37,141 nt of DNA from Sphaeroforma arctica JP610. Lineage: Eukaryota. A program made the position numbers and the translations under genes. Under the pieces are notes generated by a model. That model searched no databases. It was not told the origin of the DNA and saw only the letters and a program-made list of their open reading frames with translations. Where the stretch lies: NCBI RefSeq assembly GCF_001186125.1, contig NW_014040466.1:1-37141 (forward strand), in the 5' to 3' direction. Of the stretch, positions 25,243-37,062 are shown piece after piece. Position 1 is the first letter of the stretch, and every line of letters starts with the position of its first letter.

Positions 25243-27479
25243 TCTACACTTACACATCATGCATATATGTGTGCATGCATGGACAATAATAATAATAATA
25301 TAGGTAATTTTTTTCAATATATTCAGAAAAACCTAAATTTTAAAATTTATAGTTATTGATTGGAGTTGACTAAATTATTTTGATTTAATTGGCTTAAAAT
25401 ATGTCACTTTTTTCCCAAAAAAAAAATCGTATGTAAAAACTTATCAATATTCGATTTTGCCCAATCGGGCTAAATATAGCGCCCAATAGGGCGGGAGGGG
25501 CGGTAGGATAGACACTAGGTGTCACTAAAGGTCAACAAAAGGTATAACCTGGGTAAAAGTTCTCAACCTGTCACAGTGATAAAAGTATCATTGTTGGGGA
25601 TTACAAAATTTGTGGAAAAGTGTCACTGGTGACAACTTCTTTAATGTTGGAGGCTACAAGCTTCCATGGGTCTGGTCATCAATCAAAAATAATACTAGTC
25701 ACCGCAGTGACGAAACACAGTAGAACACGCACTAATCACATTGCCTAGCACACCATAGACAGAAGCATACACCCTCACAATTAGAAGAGGTCAGAACAAC
25801 AAGACACATTGAAATCACGAGATACATTGAAATCGCAAGGCACAATATATATACAAGACATCAAATAAACTAAGAATCGTCTAGAACAGTATTAAGCAAT
25901 AAGGCACATCACAAATTATTGACAGCTACAAGCGAAATCACAGAATCTCTAGAAGCATCAGCACACAATTAAAGCAAGCATCATAGGCATCGAGTCATAG
26001 AAGCTAGCAGAAACACGCCATAAAAAAATATGAATAATAATATCACAAGTCATAAAACCAGGTCTACAAGAGTGCGATCGAACACCTAGAACATATAGTT
26101 GCTTGGTTAAAAAGACATTTCAGCATCCAAACTCCATGGATGGCTATAAGACACAAAAGATACCACATCTAAACCCCATAGATGCCATAACATTCTTAAT
26201 AATAACCGATACCAGACATAAACAGTAAGCACGATCAATATATCAGGCTAAAGAACACTAGAAAGCTAAATCAGATATAAATGACATGGAATAACAGCCT
26301 AATCGCATAAGAATGGGTATAGCTGTCATTAAGAGGTAATATACAGACAAGCATAAGCATTGACAGCTCACTCAAATATCTACAACCTGGATATAAGAAA
26401 GGGTGCACAAGAAAGATACAAAATAGCCTAGTAATCCAACTAGATCCACACACCATCAAATTCAAGCACACACACAGAGAAGTACAGTGATTAGAACCCT
26501 CAACGACAGAGGACGACACAAGAACACGTGATATCCACCAATAACCAAGTCCCACCCAGGGACATAAAACAAGCTATATGTGCAAGATTGCGTATTCACA
26601 TAATAACACAGCGCAAAGGATAGAACAAAGACAAGCAAGCCATCACTTAGGAGCTATACACAAAAACATATCACTTGAATAAAGCACATACACATAATTA
26701 AGAGGAATATATCAGAAGGAAATACAGAACAAGGGCGATCACAAAAGACAAACACAGCACAAGCAATGGACTCCACGTTATAACAAATTCCCAACAGCAG
26801 GGACTACACACATACGTCCACGTTCCAGACCTTCCACACAGGACTTCATAGGTCATAAACTCCACATGAATCTCATGAACATCACATGAAGAAGTACAGA
26901 AGTCACGAGAGGCACTATAACAACAACGACACACCCTCGAAGTATACAATAGTGAATAACAACATCCAGAATCAGAACCAAGAACAACATTTGTTGTTCC
27001 AGACTTTACACACACAGATACGCTAAGGTTCACCGCACACGCGATACAGAAGCACATAACATTCTGACATAACAAAAGAGGGTGCACTAGCCACCACAGA
27101 TTTTATAGAAACTCAACGAAAATTTGCCAGAAGTGCGGTACTAGAAAATAACACAGATTTACAACAAAAAACCCAATAAACCTCAATCCAAGGTTACGAA
27201 AACGATAAACCGAGTTCACACACTGAACCTAGTTTATACTATATAAACCAACATAAACCAAAGTTTATCTCCTCAAACCAAAAAGTCTCCAAATATCCCA
27301 GATATCAAAAGACAGCCAAATTCAAGCCAATCAAGCACAAGGACTCACAGTCAACACAGCCGCCAGACATCACAGAGGGCACACCAATACAGGTAATTAA
27401 CCACATGTGACCCAGAGGGTATATTGACAAAGGAGTGACACATTTCAGGTCAAGGAAGAACAGATAAACTCTAACAGAA

Positions 27480-28375
27480 TTGCGTCATTATCAATACACA
27501 GAACAGTCAATGACTTCTTTTCCTTATCAAATGACACGTGCAGCACGACGGAGCCTACGTACACAAGTAAGCTCAAGCAGAACACAGACAAGAGGCAGTA
27601 CAAGTCGTACAACCAGAACACGACCAGAAACAGCACCCACAATGCCAGTTTCTCAAGCATCTTCATGCACCTCTACCCCACACAATGGGGATGGAGGGAT
27701 GCGCATGGATGATGAGCCCAAACCAGCCAGAGCTCCATTGGATCCAGCGATGAGTAAGTACAGAATAGTCTTGGGCAAGACCATCTATGAGGGGAACTTC
27801 TACATCGTAGATATATTAGTAGACAAGTTGTATGCACAAACAGCGGACGATCCCATTGACATGATAGCACTCCACAAAGTCCGCAAAGCAGTCCATGACC
27901 AACAGCCCAATAGATTGATACCAGTAATAGACCAGTGGTTGCCAGAGCTATACAATAAAGCTATGAAGAACTGTGATAAAAGTAATCACGATGAGTGCAT
28001 TGCGATCATTGGCTGTATGAGCGACTTAACTCTAATTAGATCTCACGAAGGAGACAAAATCGCAGAACTAGAAATGGTTAAGTTACTCAAGATGAGTGAG
28101 TTCACTAAGTGGCCAGCAGGCAAGTATGTCAGCATGGCTGATTGTCGTGATACAATTGAGTTTGTATCTGTAGCCAAAGACTTGTTCGCGAGCACAAGCA
28201 TGCCATTGGTACAGTACATATCACTAGTACAAGAGCTGCTCAGACAGACAGACAGACGCAACAGAGGTATCGCGCACTGCACTCAATAATATACGTAGTA
28301 CCAAACAGCTTTGGAAAGACTTCACTTATGTGGAAGACTACAATATATTAAACATTGACAACCTGCGTCGCACTC
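27480..28375 (+). pseudogene. Probable retrotransposon gag remnant after a long A/C-rich leader
   Basis: 269-aa ORF with a basic Ser/Thr/Arg N-terminus. A shifted frame from ~28279 reads ALNNIRSTKQLWKDF, resembling the Copia gag I...TA.ELW motif. No pol follows. Confidence 0.35.
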
Positions 28376-29885
28376 CAGTCGACTATCTATTAGAGAAGTG
28401 ACCCAACGACTTCTATGATACTCGTATGAGTACGGGTAGCACGGTTACGTCGCACAATGTATAGCCCCACTATATTCAATGCTCGACAAACTACCTTTTT
28501 TGACCAATTACAGCAATGCCGTATTCACCCGAGCCTGACCCTGATCTTAAATAATCGTATTTATTTTCTCCGTTATAATTACATTTGTAGTAGACACTTT
28601 TATGATTTCAATTGCCCGTAATACCTAGCGATATTAGATATTGAGATTGTCGGTCCAATCAAGTAGGAGACAGCCTACAACGAATTTAAATGTACAATAG
28701 TTAAAAAAAATACCCCTGATTCAAGCCACATTAGATATATTCTACTCACCTGCTTAGAGAAATAGGAATATTGGTACTGTTTGATAAATCAACCAGAGGA
28801 CGGCCTTCGGGGGATTTGAATGTACAATAGTCAAAAACTTTAAAATAGATGAAAGCGATCCGAGTTTGGCAGTGTGAACATACTTTGCAATCCAGATTGT
28901 GTACCCTCGAGCCTCCGTCATTTCGTGTAGTGAGCGGGCTTCTAAACTGTTGTGCACAGGCGGGAGTTCCCCTCAGTAAAATAAAGTGAGCCTTAGTGTT
29001 GTTCTTCAATGAGAATCGGGCGCCAATAGAGGTGGAGGTTGTGTTCTTGCAGCGACATAGTCCATGCGTGGTATAGTGATTACAATGATGTCGAATCACG
29101 AAAACGACATTTTACTACTACAAAGGAGTCCCTCCGCTAATTAATAACTGATTTACTGGGACCATCCAAGAATACAAGCTATACTTTTGCAGATCGGTCT
29201 CTACGAACAACTACGTATCAGTATGTCCTTTGAACAACGAAAGATGTTAATGGAATAGTGTACATATGAAACAGTTTGTATTAAACACATCGCAGAACAA
29301 TTTATGGTATTTAGTAGAAGACATCCAATACAGTTAAACCGACCCTATGTCAATATCGATTGACCAACAACAACCAGTTATATTCTGGCAGATATGCGTC
29401 TTCCCTTGGTTTGCACAGATTTACACCAAATGACGCACGAAAACCCTTCATTTTATTTTTCTTTGGCCATGGAGTACAAGACAGTGACAGGCGAAAAGAC
29501 GGAAGTGCTAAAAAATTGCAATCTTGTCAATATACATTTGTTTATTTTTGTTTTCTTCATCAGTCATGTAGTGCGTGTTTGTCGTGGCTATCTCTTCCGC
29601 TAGAGGATATATGTCTATTGGCCGAATTGGCCGAAGATTTATCGACAACAGCAACGGTCGGATTTGTTCTCCAGCTCTAAAGAATTCGAAGAAAAGCAAA
29701 TGAATGATCAGCTATAATCAAAGCTAAAATATGCAATAGAACTGCAAGGATAGAAGTTTTCTTGTTGGTGAATTTTTTTCCCTGTGATCATGACAGTTGT
29801 CAAGTTCCAAGCCGAGCCACTACAAATAGCAGAAACAACATGCTACAAAATCCATACTCTTCAAGAAGATATAGCTATTCGGGTG

Positions 29886-30071
29886 TGTTGGAACATATAT
29901 TATATATTTGCTTAATGAAGTAAGTTTATTATTATATTGCGTATTGGCTATATATTATATAACTACCATGTGCCTTTTAAAGATATTGTTACAATAACAT
30001 GAACCGTAATATATTTTGAGCTCATAGGGTTTTTAGGGTTTGAATTTGAGTCTTATAAATTTGTCTCAACA
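29886..30071 (-). repeat. 3' LTR (186 bp) of the second Copia
   Basis: On the - strand, PPT AAGGAGAG (30079-30072) is followed by TGTTGAGAC...GTTCCAACA (canonical TGTTG...CAACA ends), with internal TATA-like and AATAAA motifs. Confidence 0.85.
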
Positions 30072-30769
30072 CTCTCCTTAATTTGGAAGCGAAAGGACAG
30101 TGTATGTAAATAATTTTTATATGTGTTAGGTACCCTAGGGTAGTGATAGCAACATATAGGCTGGCTCTCCTCAAACTGGATTGAGGCTGGAATAATTGTA
30201 AAAAGAAAAAGGGGATGGGACAATGGGCTGAGGCAGAAGATGATGGGCCGGTAAAATTGGGTTGACAGCAAATTGGAGGAATATTAAAAATTTCGAGGTG
30301 GGGTCTGGGGCCGAAGGCGTTGGGGGCGAGCGTGGACTGGGAGGACGATGCAGAAAAAATGTTGAAGGGAGGAGAAGTCTCGGTGGTGGTCGACCAATCG
30401 GGTGCTGTGCACGTTGTGTGCGTATGTGTATAAGTATGTTTGTGTAGTATAGGGTAACGATGTTACAGTTAGTGGGTCTAGAGCAAGCTGGTGTCTAGAT
30501 GGATAGTAGTGCATATATATACAGCAAGGAGGCGGATGAATCAAATCAGAGGGTGGATGGCGGTGAGCATCGATCGGGTGGATCTCTCCTGAAGGCATGG
30601 ACGATGTTGTAAGTTAGGCTGCATAACAGAGATAGCAGACACGGTATAGTGTGTTGGTAATGTGTGTATGGTTGTTATCGGACGTATATGCAAATGCTGC
30701 AACAAGGGATGATTGATCAGGGTCGGGAATGTCGGTGAGTGTGTTAGATGTATGTTTTGTTTGGGTGGG

Positions 30770-32260
30770 TCGTGGAAGGTTTTTGGTCAAGGTGTCTGCG
30801 ATGTTATCGGCAGTGTCAAAATACTTGGTAGCAATGACACCTTGGTTCTGGAGGTCACGAATATGGTGAACGCAAATATCGACGTGCTTCAGCTGCTTGG
30901 GAGTGCGCGTGTTGGTAATGACATGTGCGGCGGATTGGTTATCGCAGTAGAGATCAGCGGAGGCATCGGGGGTATTGCCGAGTTCAGTTAATAAATTGCG
31001 GAGCCATTGTAGGAGTTTAGCGGCTTCACTGGCAGCAAAGTATTCGGCTTAAGCAGTGCTAGTACTGACAGTCTTTTGGCGTTTACTTTTCCAAATCACT
31101 GGTGTGCCACACACGTGAAAGACGTAGCCGATGGTGGAACGACGGGTAGTGAGGCAGCTGGCATCAGCGTAGGCGTCAGTGGAAAGGGGTTGGGGCGTTT
31201 GACTGTACGTGAGGCCAAGTGTGGAGTTGGTTCGGATAAAGTGGAGGACTCAACAAACAGTGAGCCAGTGGTCTGCGCTAGGGTTGGAAAGAAAGCGGGA
31301 GATATTGTTGACCGAAGGTAATATCGATGCGCGTTAGGATAGAGAGGTAAAGGAGGGTGCCAACGAGTTCTCGGTAGGGGCAGGCAAAGGGAGGGCCTTC
31401 ATGTTATACGAGCGGGGCAGTCTGAAGGGGGTTGTTGACAGGATGAGTTGTAGGGATGTCAAAGTGCTCGAGGGCCTCATGAATGTACGAGGTCTGGACG
31501 ATGCTGGTGGAATCAGCGTTAGTGATAATGCGATAGCCGAGGAGCCAGGTGGGTTCGCCGAGGACGGAGCAGTCGAATTACGATAGAAGCTGTGCTTTGA
31601 ATTTTTCAAACATCGGCTGGAGTGAAACCACGTATGATTAGGTCGTCGACGTAAATCATTGTATGAGGGTGTGCGGATGGTAAACATACATCGGTATGTA
31701 TGTGCCTGGTAGAATCCGAATTGAAGTAGCTTAGACTGGATAAGAGAGAACCAAAGCTTGCCGGATTGTTTGAGACCGTAAAGCGATTTCTTGAGCTCAA
31801 GGGTGGTGACCTTAGAGATGCCTATTTGGTCGGAGCCAGCGCGTGGTTCATAAAAAGAGGATGACCAAGGTCAGCGTTGAGAAATGTGGTGTTGGCGTCC
31901 ATCTGCTCTGTCTGCCAACCCTTGTTGGCAGCGAAAGCGAGAAGCGTGCGGAGGGATTCATGGGTGCAGGTGGGCGCATACGTCTCCGTGAAGTTAATAT
32001 CCTTGGTTTGCGTGAAGTCAAGGGAAACGAGGCGAGCTTTATATTTGTCAACGATTCCATTGTCTATCTTGATTTTGAAGACCCATTTGGACGTTACATT
32101 GAGGACGTCTGCAGGAAGGTCGGTCTTGTCGCGAATGACGAAAGTGCCAGTCTTGCGAAGGCTGTTCATTTTGGACTCGATGGCTGCGGGCCAGAGATCG
32201 GCTTTGGGGCTGTTGAGGGCCTGTTTGATAAAGGTAGGGGTGATCGGTTGGTTCTGGACA
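30770..32260 (-). pseudogene. Copia RT and RNase H fragments
   Basis: PTFIKQAL...SKWVFKIK...KARLV...TETYAP...QMDANTTFLNA, MIYVDDLII and KHVDICVHHIR. Confidence 0.85.
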
Positions 32261-32757
32261 GCCTCGCAGAGTGCGTGAACGTGAGAGCAAACGGCATTGT
32301 ATTTTCGTTGGTCCGAGAGTTGCTTGCGGGTAAAGTGAGGGCGGTACTTGTCAGGACCCGGGAGATCAGATATGTGTGGGGTATCGTGCGAGTCGTCGAT
32401 GAGGAGGTTGCGGAGCTCGCGGTTATGGGAACGTTTGGCAAGGTGGTGCTGTAGCTTGTCGTTGTGTGACCCCAGGATACGGGATTGGTCGTGACGAGCT
32501 GTATAGGTTTGTAGAAGTTTGGCCTGTTGCTGAGTCTGGAAATCCGCGGTGCTGGTGCGACCTTTGAGGGCACGGCGGTCAGTAGAGGATTGGGTGGTCG
32601 GGTGGGCGATAGGGTCACGGGCGGTACGAAGCAGGATCTGAAGATCTTCAGGGGGAGAGTCAGTTGCGGTGAGGGGAGACGGAAGTGGGGGGCTGGGGAG
32701 GTCACATAGGGGGGGGGTGCAGAATCGACGACGGAACACGGCGGAGAGTTCTAAGGG

Positions 32758-33582
32758 TCACAGGTCTCGGGCGGTGGCAGGAAGGTCAAGGTGGCGGGCG
32801 GGTTCACGACGGCAGGCAGGGTATCGTGATATGTGGCGACAATAGAGAGAATAGGGCTTGGACCTAGAACTGACGTTGTGACATAAGGGGAAGATGCCCT
32901 CATTGAATGGAACGTGGCGGGAAGTCACGGTGGGACCAGTGTCGACGTTGAGCATGCGATATTCGTCGGCGTGCGTAGAGAAGTGGTCATACGCGATGAG
33001 GATGCCAACTCGACATTTGGGACAGAGTCTGTCGGTGTTGCCGTGATCATAACTGAGGGTCATGCAGCCATACACGCGAAGGGCTTTGACGAAAGCAGTA
33101 ATGGGGCGACCAAAGAATGCTTCGTAAGGGCTGATGTGGGATGCATGGGATTTGGCTTCGGCCCACATGTGGGAGGGTCGGAGAGCCTGGGCGACCATGC
33201 AAAATGCAATGTTCATGTTGGTCTGGTGTCCACGTTCGACACCACCGTGTTTGACGGAGTCGCCAGTGGGGTTGTAGAGGATCTGTACATGGGCGAGGTG
33301 GATAGCGCGTTTAAATTCGGTTGCAACAAATTCACCACCACGGTCGGCGATGATGGTGCGTAGGCGATCGCGCCCCTGTGCTTCAATATAGGTGTAAAAA
33401 CGATCGAGGACAAGGTGGGCATCGCTTTTGACACGAAGGTGCTCTTGGTACTCGAGGCCTGTACGGCGTTCAAAGAAACGGATAGTGTGTGCATGGCCAC
33501 CATATCTCTGTTCAAATTTGGCTTCAAGATCGACCTGCCATTTAGCGCCAATGGCAGGGAGGGTTCGGGACTTGTCCCTAAC
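32758..33582 (-). pseudogene. Copia integrase core and SH3-like tail
   Basis: Same frame as 33583..34386 after a single TAA: KWQVDLE...IIADRGGEF...GGVERGH...MWAEA...PYEAFFG...LRVYGC. Confidence 0.88.
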
Positions 33583-33705
33583 TTAGAGTTTGTGCATTTC
33601 GCCAGTGGCACAGGATACGCAGGAGCATGCTAGGGACCCCGTGTGGAGGAGACTGATGTCGATGGTAGTTTGGAGTGCTGCAGGAATGGGTACGGCTTGA
33701 GCCGT

Positions 33706-34134
33706 AGGACCGAAGATAGCGACACCAGTGTATAGCCAGTTGGGAGTGGTGACAAAGTCTTGAGTTCCGTCGGGTTGGCGTCGGAGGAACGTATGCGGAA
33801 AGGAAGGGATAATTTCGACGTGTAACTGAAGGTGAGCCATGAGTTTGCGCCACCATGCTGCTTTACGCTTGACGGGGAAGAACCAAATCATGCGGCCTTG
33901 GTCGGTATCGCGCGGGGAATCTTTCCAGGGAGGTTTGTCATAGAGGCGCTTGGTGGGCTGGCGCCAGTGCTGTTTGTATGCGTCGTGAAGGGAAGTGGCT
34001 TTGTCTGTGTGGTCAAGGGTGCAATAGGTAGGGACCTGGTGGTTGTACTTATTAGCGAACATGTCGATGTCAACGGAGCCGAAGACCTGCGTGACGTGTT
34101 TGTCAAATAGTGTGGGGTGAAGTCGGTAGTCGTC
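33706..34134 (-). pseudogene. Dam-like N6-adenine methyltransferase domain inside the Copia pol
   Basis: DDYRLHPTLF...FGSVDIDMFANKYNHQVPTY...HDAY..HW...LYDKPPW...WWRKL...HTFL...PNW...IFGP is collinear with the 263-670 domain. The catalytic motif reads KPPW (33925-33936). Confidence 0.75.
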
Positions 34135-34765
34135 GCAGTAGGTCAGCGGCGGAGGGGTAGGGATTTTGTGGGTGTGGGCGATGGCTTTAGTCGCGCGGGT
34201 GGATTGGTGCCCAAAGCGGGGATGATGGAGGTTGAGACTGTCAGTCTGGAAGGCATTCAGGTGGTAGCGCCCGGCAGATTTGTCGATGGCTTTGACGGAG
34301 GTGCCATCGCATGTGACAAGGCATTGGGCGAGAATGCTGGGAGCGGGAGTTTTAGGAAAGAAGATACTGTAACCGTTGCGTTGCATATTGCATACGGAGA
34401 GGATAGGCTGGCTGGCGTCGGGGAGAACGCGGGCAGGGCCGAGACCGGGAATGGTGCCACGGGTAGGGGCGGTGACGAAGGATCCGCCGACGAGCTCAAT
34501 GACGAATTGACCATGTTCGACGTCGAGGAGTGTGTAAGCGGAGGTGATGATTGAAATGTCGGCATCGGAGTCGATAAGAGCAGTGGCTATGACAGATTAG
34601 TAGTTGGGTTCGGCACGGAGTATAAGGGTAGTGCACCGGTTCGATGGTGGGGCCAGCCGGGTGGGGAACTGGTTGTGGATGTGTGGCTGCGTGAGGAATC
34701 CCGTGGCTTCAGGCACGGCGGCTGGCGGTGGTAGTGTGACCAGTGGAATTGGGGTAGTTATTACA

Positions 34766-35524
34766 TTAAAGAGAATCAGGGAGAGTACATTGGGTGCCTG
34801 TAAGGGATGAGTCGCAGCAGCGGCGACAGTTGGTGGAATGCCAGTTATAGGCGCCGTGGCCAGGCTTCTGGCAGGCGAAGCAGTTGCCGGAGGGGTCTTT
34901 ACCGAGTGGGATACGGCGGGGACGTTGGGTAGGTGTAGGGGAAGGAGTGTGGTGGGAGGCACTGGCGACGCCATAGTTGCTGCTAGTGCTTAAAATGACC
35001 TTAATATTGGTGGCATAATTGCGCATTTCAGAAACGATGGCATCGAGGGTGTATGTGTGGTCAGTTGCGCCCATAACGTCCTGGGCAATGATTTCGAATC
35101 CATCAGGAAGGGATTGCAGTAGGCTGCACACGTGATAAAATTCTGGTATGTCAGCATGTGAGGTCTTTGAACTGGTCGCGAAGGAGATGGACTTTGGCGA
35201 TGCTGTCATCCAGGGAGGGCTGCTTGGGGAGGGTAACGAGTTGAACGAGGAGTTCATATATGCGGCCGATGGTGACGAAGTTGAAGTCGTTACAGAGGCG
35301 GCGATAGAACGCGAGAGGTCTTTGGTCGAGATAAGTGTCGTATTGTTCTGGGAGGCCGTTGCCGAGTAACTCAAATAAGATGGTGGTGCCAACGGTCTTC
35401 TCGCAGGAGTCAACAGCAGAGGCAGGGTGCATAGGGTGGACGATGTCATGTTTCTTAAGATTGTGTTTGAGTTGACGACGCCAGTTGGTAAAATTGTCGT
35501 CCCCAGTAAGCTTCGTAGCAGCAT
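34766..35524 (-). pseudogene. Copia gag with zinc knuckle
   Basis: CSLLQSLPDGFEII...LDAIVSEM and CFACQKPGHGAYNWHSTNC, frameshifted. Confidence 0.75.
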
Positions 35525-36708
35525 ATTTACTGGAATACTTGAAGGGTACTGGCTAGACTGTCAGGGATTTTGGGCATCTGATGGTAGTCGTGGTGGGGAG
35601 TGCCAAGGAGTGGGGAGTCCGATCAAGATCGAGGCGGGGTGAACAAGGGGATAGATGGGAAGCGTTGTTCAAGCTTGCGGATCTTGCTGCTTTGGGCTAC
35701 CTGCAGCTGTTGACTGAAACTATGGGAATCAGATGCAACAAGTTACGCCTGAAGGGTAGTGAGTTCGTCAGGGAGCTGTGTGGCGGCAGTGGCGAGGACC
35801 TCGTTTTCTGTGAGGGCGTCCTGTAAAAGTCGTGCATGTTCGTGTGGTTGTAGGGTGAGGTTGGCGCGTTATGCGTTGCGATCTGTGCGCAAGCGTTGTA
35901 TGTCAGCTTCAGCAAGGGCGTAGGGTTTACGGAGGGTGGTGCGGTAGCTTCAAGGTGAGTGTCAGGGCATGCAGTGAATTGTTCCTGAGCTTGAATGAGT
36001 TTGAATCGTGCCTCTTCACGTTCCTCAAAGTAAGTGTCGTGTTTATGGCGGATGCGGGCGAGGTCGTTTTGTAATGTGGTGTGTCCGGTGTGTGGCTGTG
36101 TAGGTATTGATGTCTTGTATGCGTGTAAGATTGCAATGAAGATAATTGACGTTAACCAGATTCAGCTGTTTGATGTACCGTGTATCCAGTGAAGCGATCA
36201 TAATCGATCCCAAAAAGGTAGAGCATCTATTAGATTGGAGAACACTCACCGCAGGCTAAGGATGTAAACAGCATGTGTGATATTGTCAACTTTCTGTTGG
36301 GTGGAGGTCCTTACTTAGTAAGTTACCTCAAACACTTTGGACACATAGATCAGCCACCAAAGGATGGGTTATCATTTATGGTGGCAAGCGACGCATCCAA
36401 AATGGCACTGGGGGATTTACTGTATCAGATGACTGACGGGAAATCGAGATATATGTAGTTCTTCAGCAGGGCCATGAACTTGTCACAAATCAACTACCAA
36501 ACAGTGCAATATAAGCTTCTATTCTATGTGAATGCACTCATTCATTCTTACACTATACATATATGATACTCATCTTAATACTATGCGATCAGAATTCATT
36601 GGAACACTTAAAAGATATAAAACTCAACTGACAGTTTGTCAGTCGGTGGCATGATACCGTCACAAATTCCCCCGTTGGCATAAAGCATATTCAGGGTATT
36701 CCCAATAG

Positions 36709-36911
36709 CTAACCGGATATAATGACACGCTTTATCCCGGATTTCAGCAGGATTATTTGTAAGCTTTTAGTTACCTATTGGGAGGGCAATCCTAGATAAC
36801 TTAAGATGACAGACTAACCGGTATGATGTCACGCTTTGTCCCGGACTTCCACAGCATTGTTTGAAAGTTTACCTATTGGAAGGCCAATCCTAGATGATTT
36901 AAGATAACAGA
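36709..36911. repeat. ~100-bp imperfect tandem duplication at the RNase H/MTase junction
   Basis: CTAACCGG...CACGCTTT.TCCCGGA...TTACCTATTGG...CAATCCTAGAT starts at 36709 and 36814. Confidence 0.85.
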
Positions 36912-37062
36912 TAATTTCTATGGACCACATGCCATAGATATGGTTGCAGCTCAACATAATGCGCAACTACCGTATTATCAAACTCTTGAACATCCCGAAG
37001 GTGATGTATTTCATTTAACTTGACCGATGAGAACGCAAGGCCAAATCCACCGATACTGTAAT
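36870..37062 (+). pseudogene. Third Dam-like methyltransferase remnant (not in the ORF track)
   Basis: TYWKANPR*FKITDNFYGPHAIDMVAAQHNAQLPYYQTLEHPEGDVFHL, then after a frameshift LTDENARPNPP (AATCCACCG at 37044-37052). Confidence 0.75.

Larger units (their letters stand above)
22115..25514 (+). mobile_element. piggyBac-like DNA transposon (degenerate), 3400 bp
   Basis: TIRs TGTCTACCCTACC / GGTAGGATAGACA with subterminal GCCC..TCGGGC repeats, flanked on both sides by CTAG (22111-22114, 25515-25518), enclosing transposase fragments. Confidence 0.88.
29886..36120 (-). mobile_element. Degenerate GC-rich Ty1/Copia retrotransposon carrying a methyltransferase domain; 5' LTR not seen
   Basis: gag with LLQSLPDGF and CFACQKPGH knuckle; protease ALIDSDAD; LHHPRFGH; MTase; integrase VDL / ADRGGEF / VER; RT KWVFKIK...KYKARLV...ETYAP...YVDDL; RNase H region ~30770-31250; PPT and LTR. 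Confidence 0.92.

Noticed and set aside
28850..29880. Possible spliced host gene fragments
   Set aside because: Only short ORFs with stops and no recognisable domain or consistent exon chain.
30025..30042. TAGGGTTTTTAGGGTTT as an interstitial telomere
   Set aside because: Only two imperfect units, located inside the Copia LTR.
31843..35826. Numerous + strand ORFs of 60-203 aa
   Set aside because: They are antisense shadows of the GC-rich Copia coding strand and have no independent motifs.
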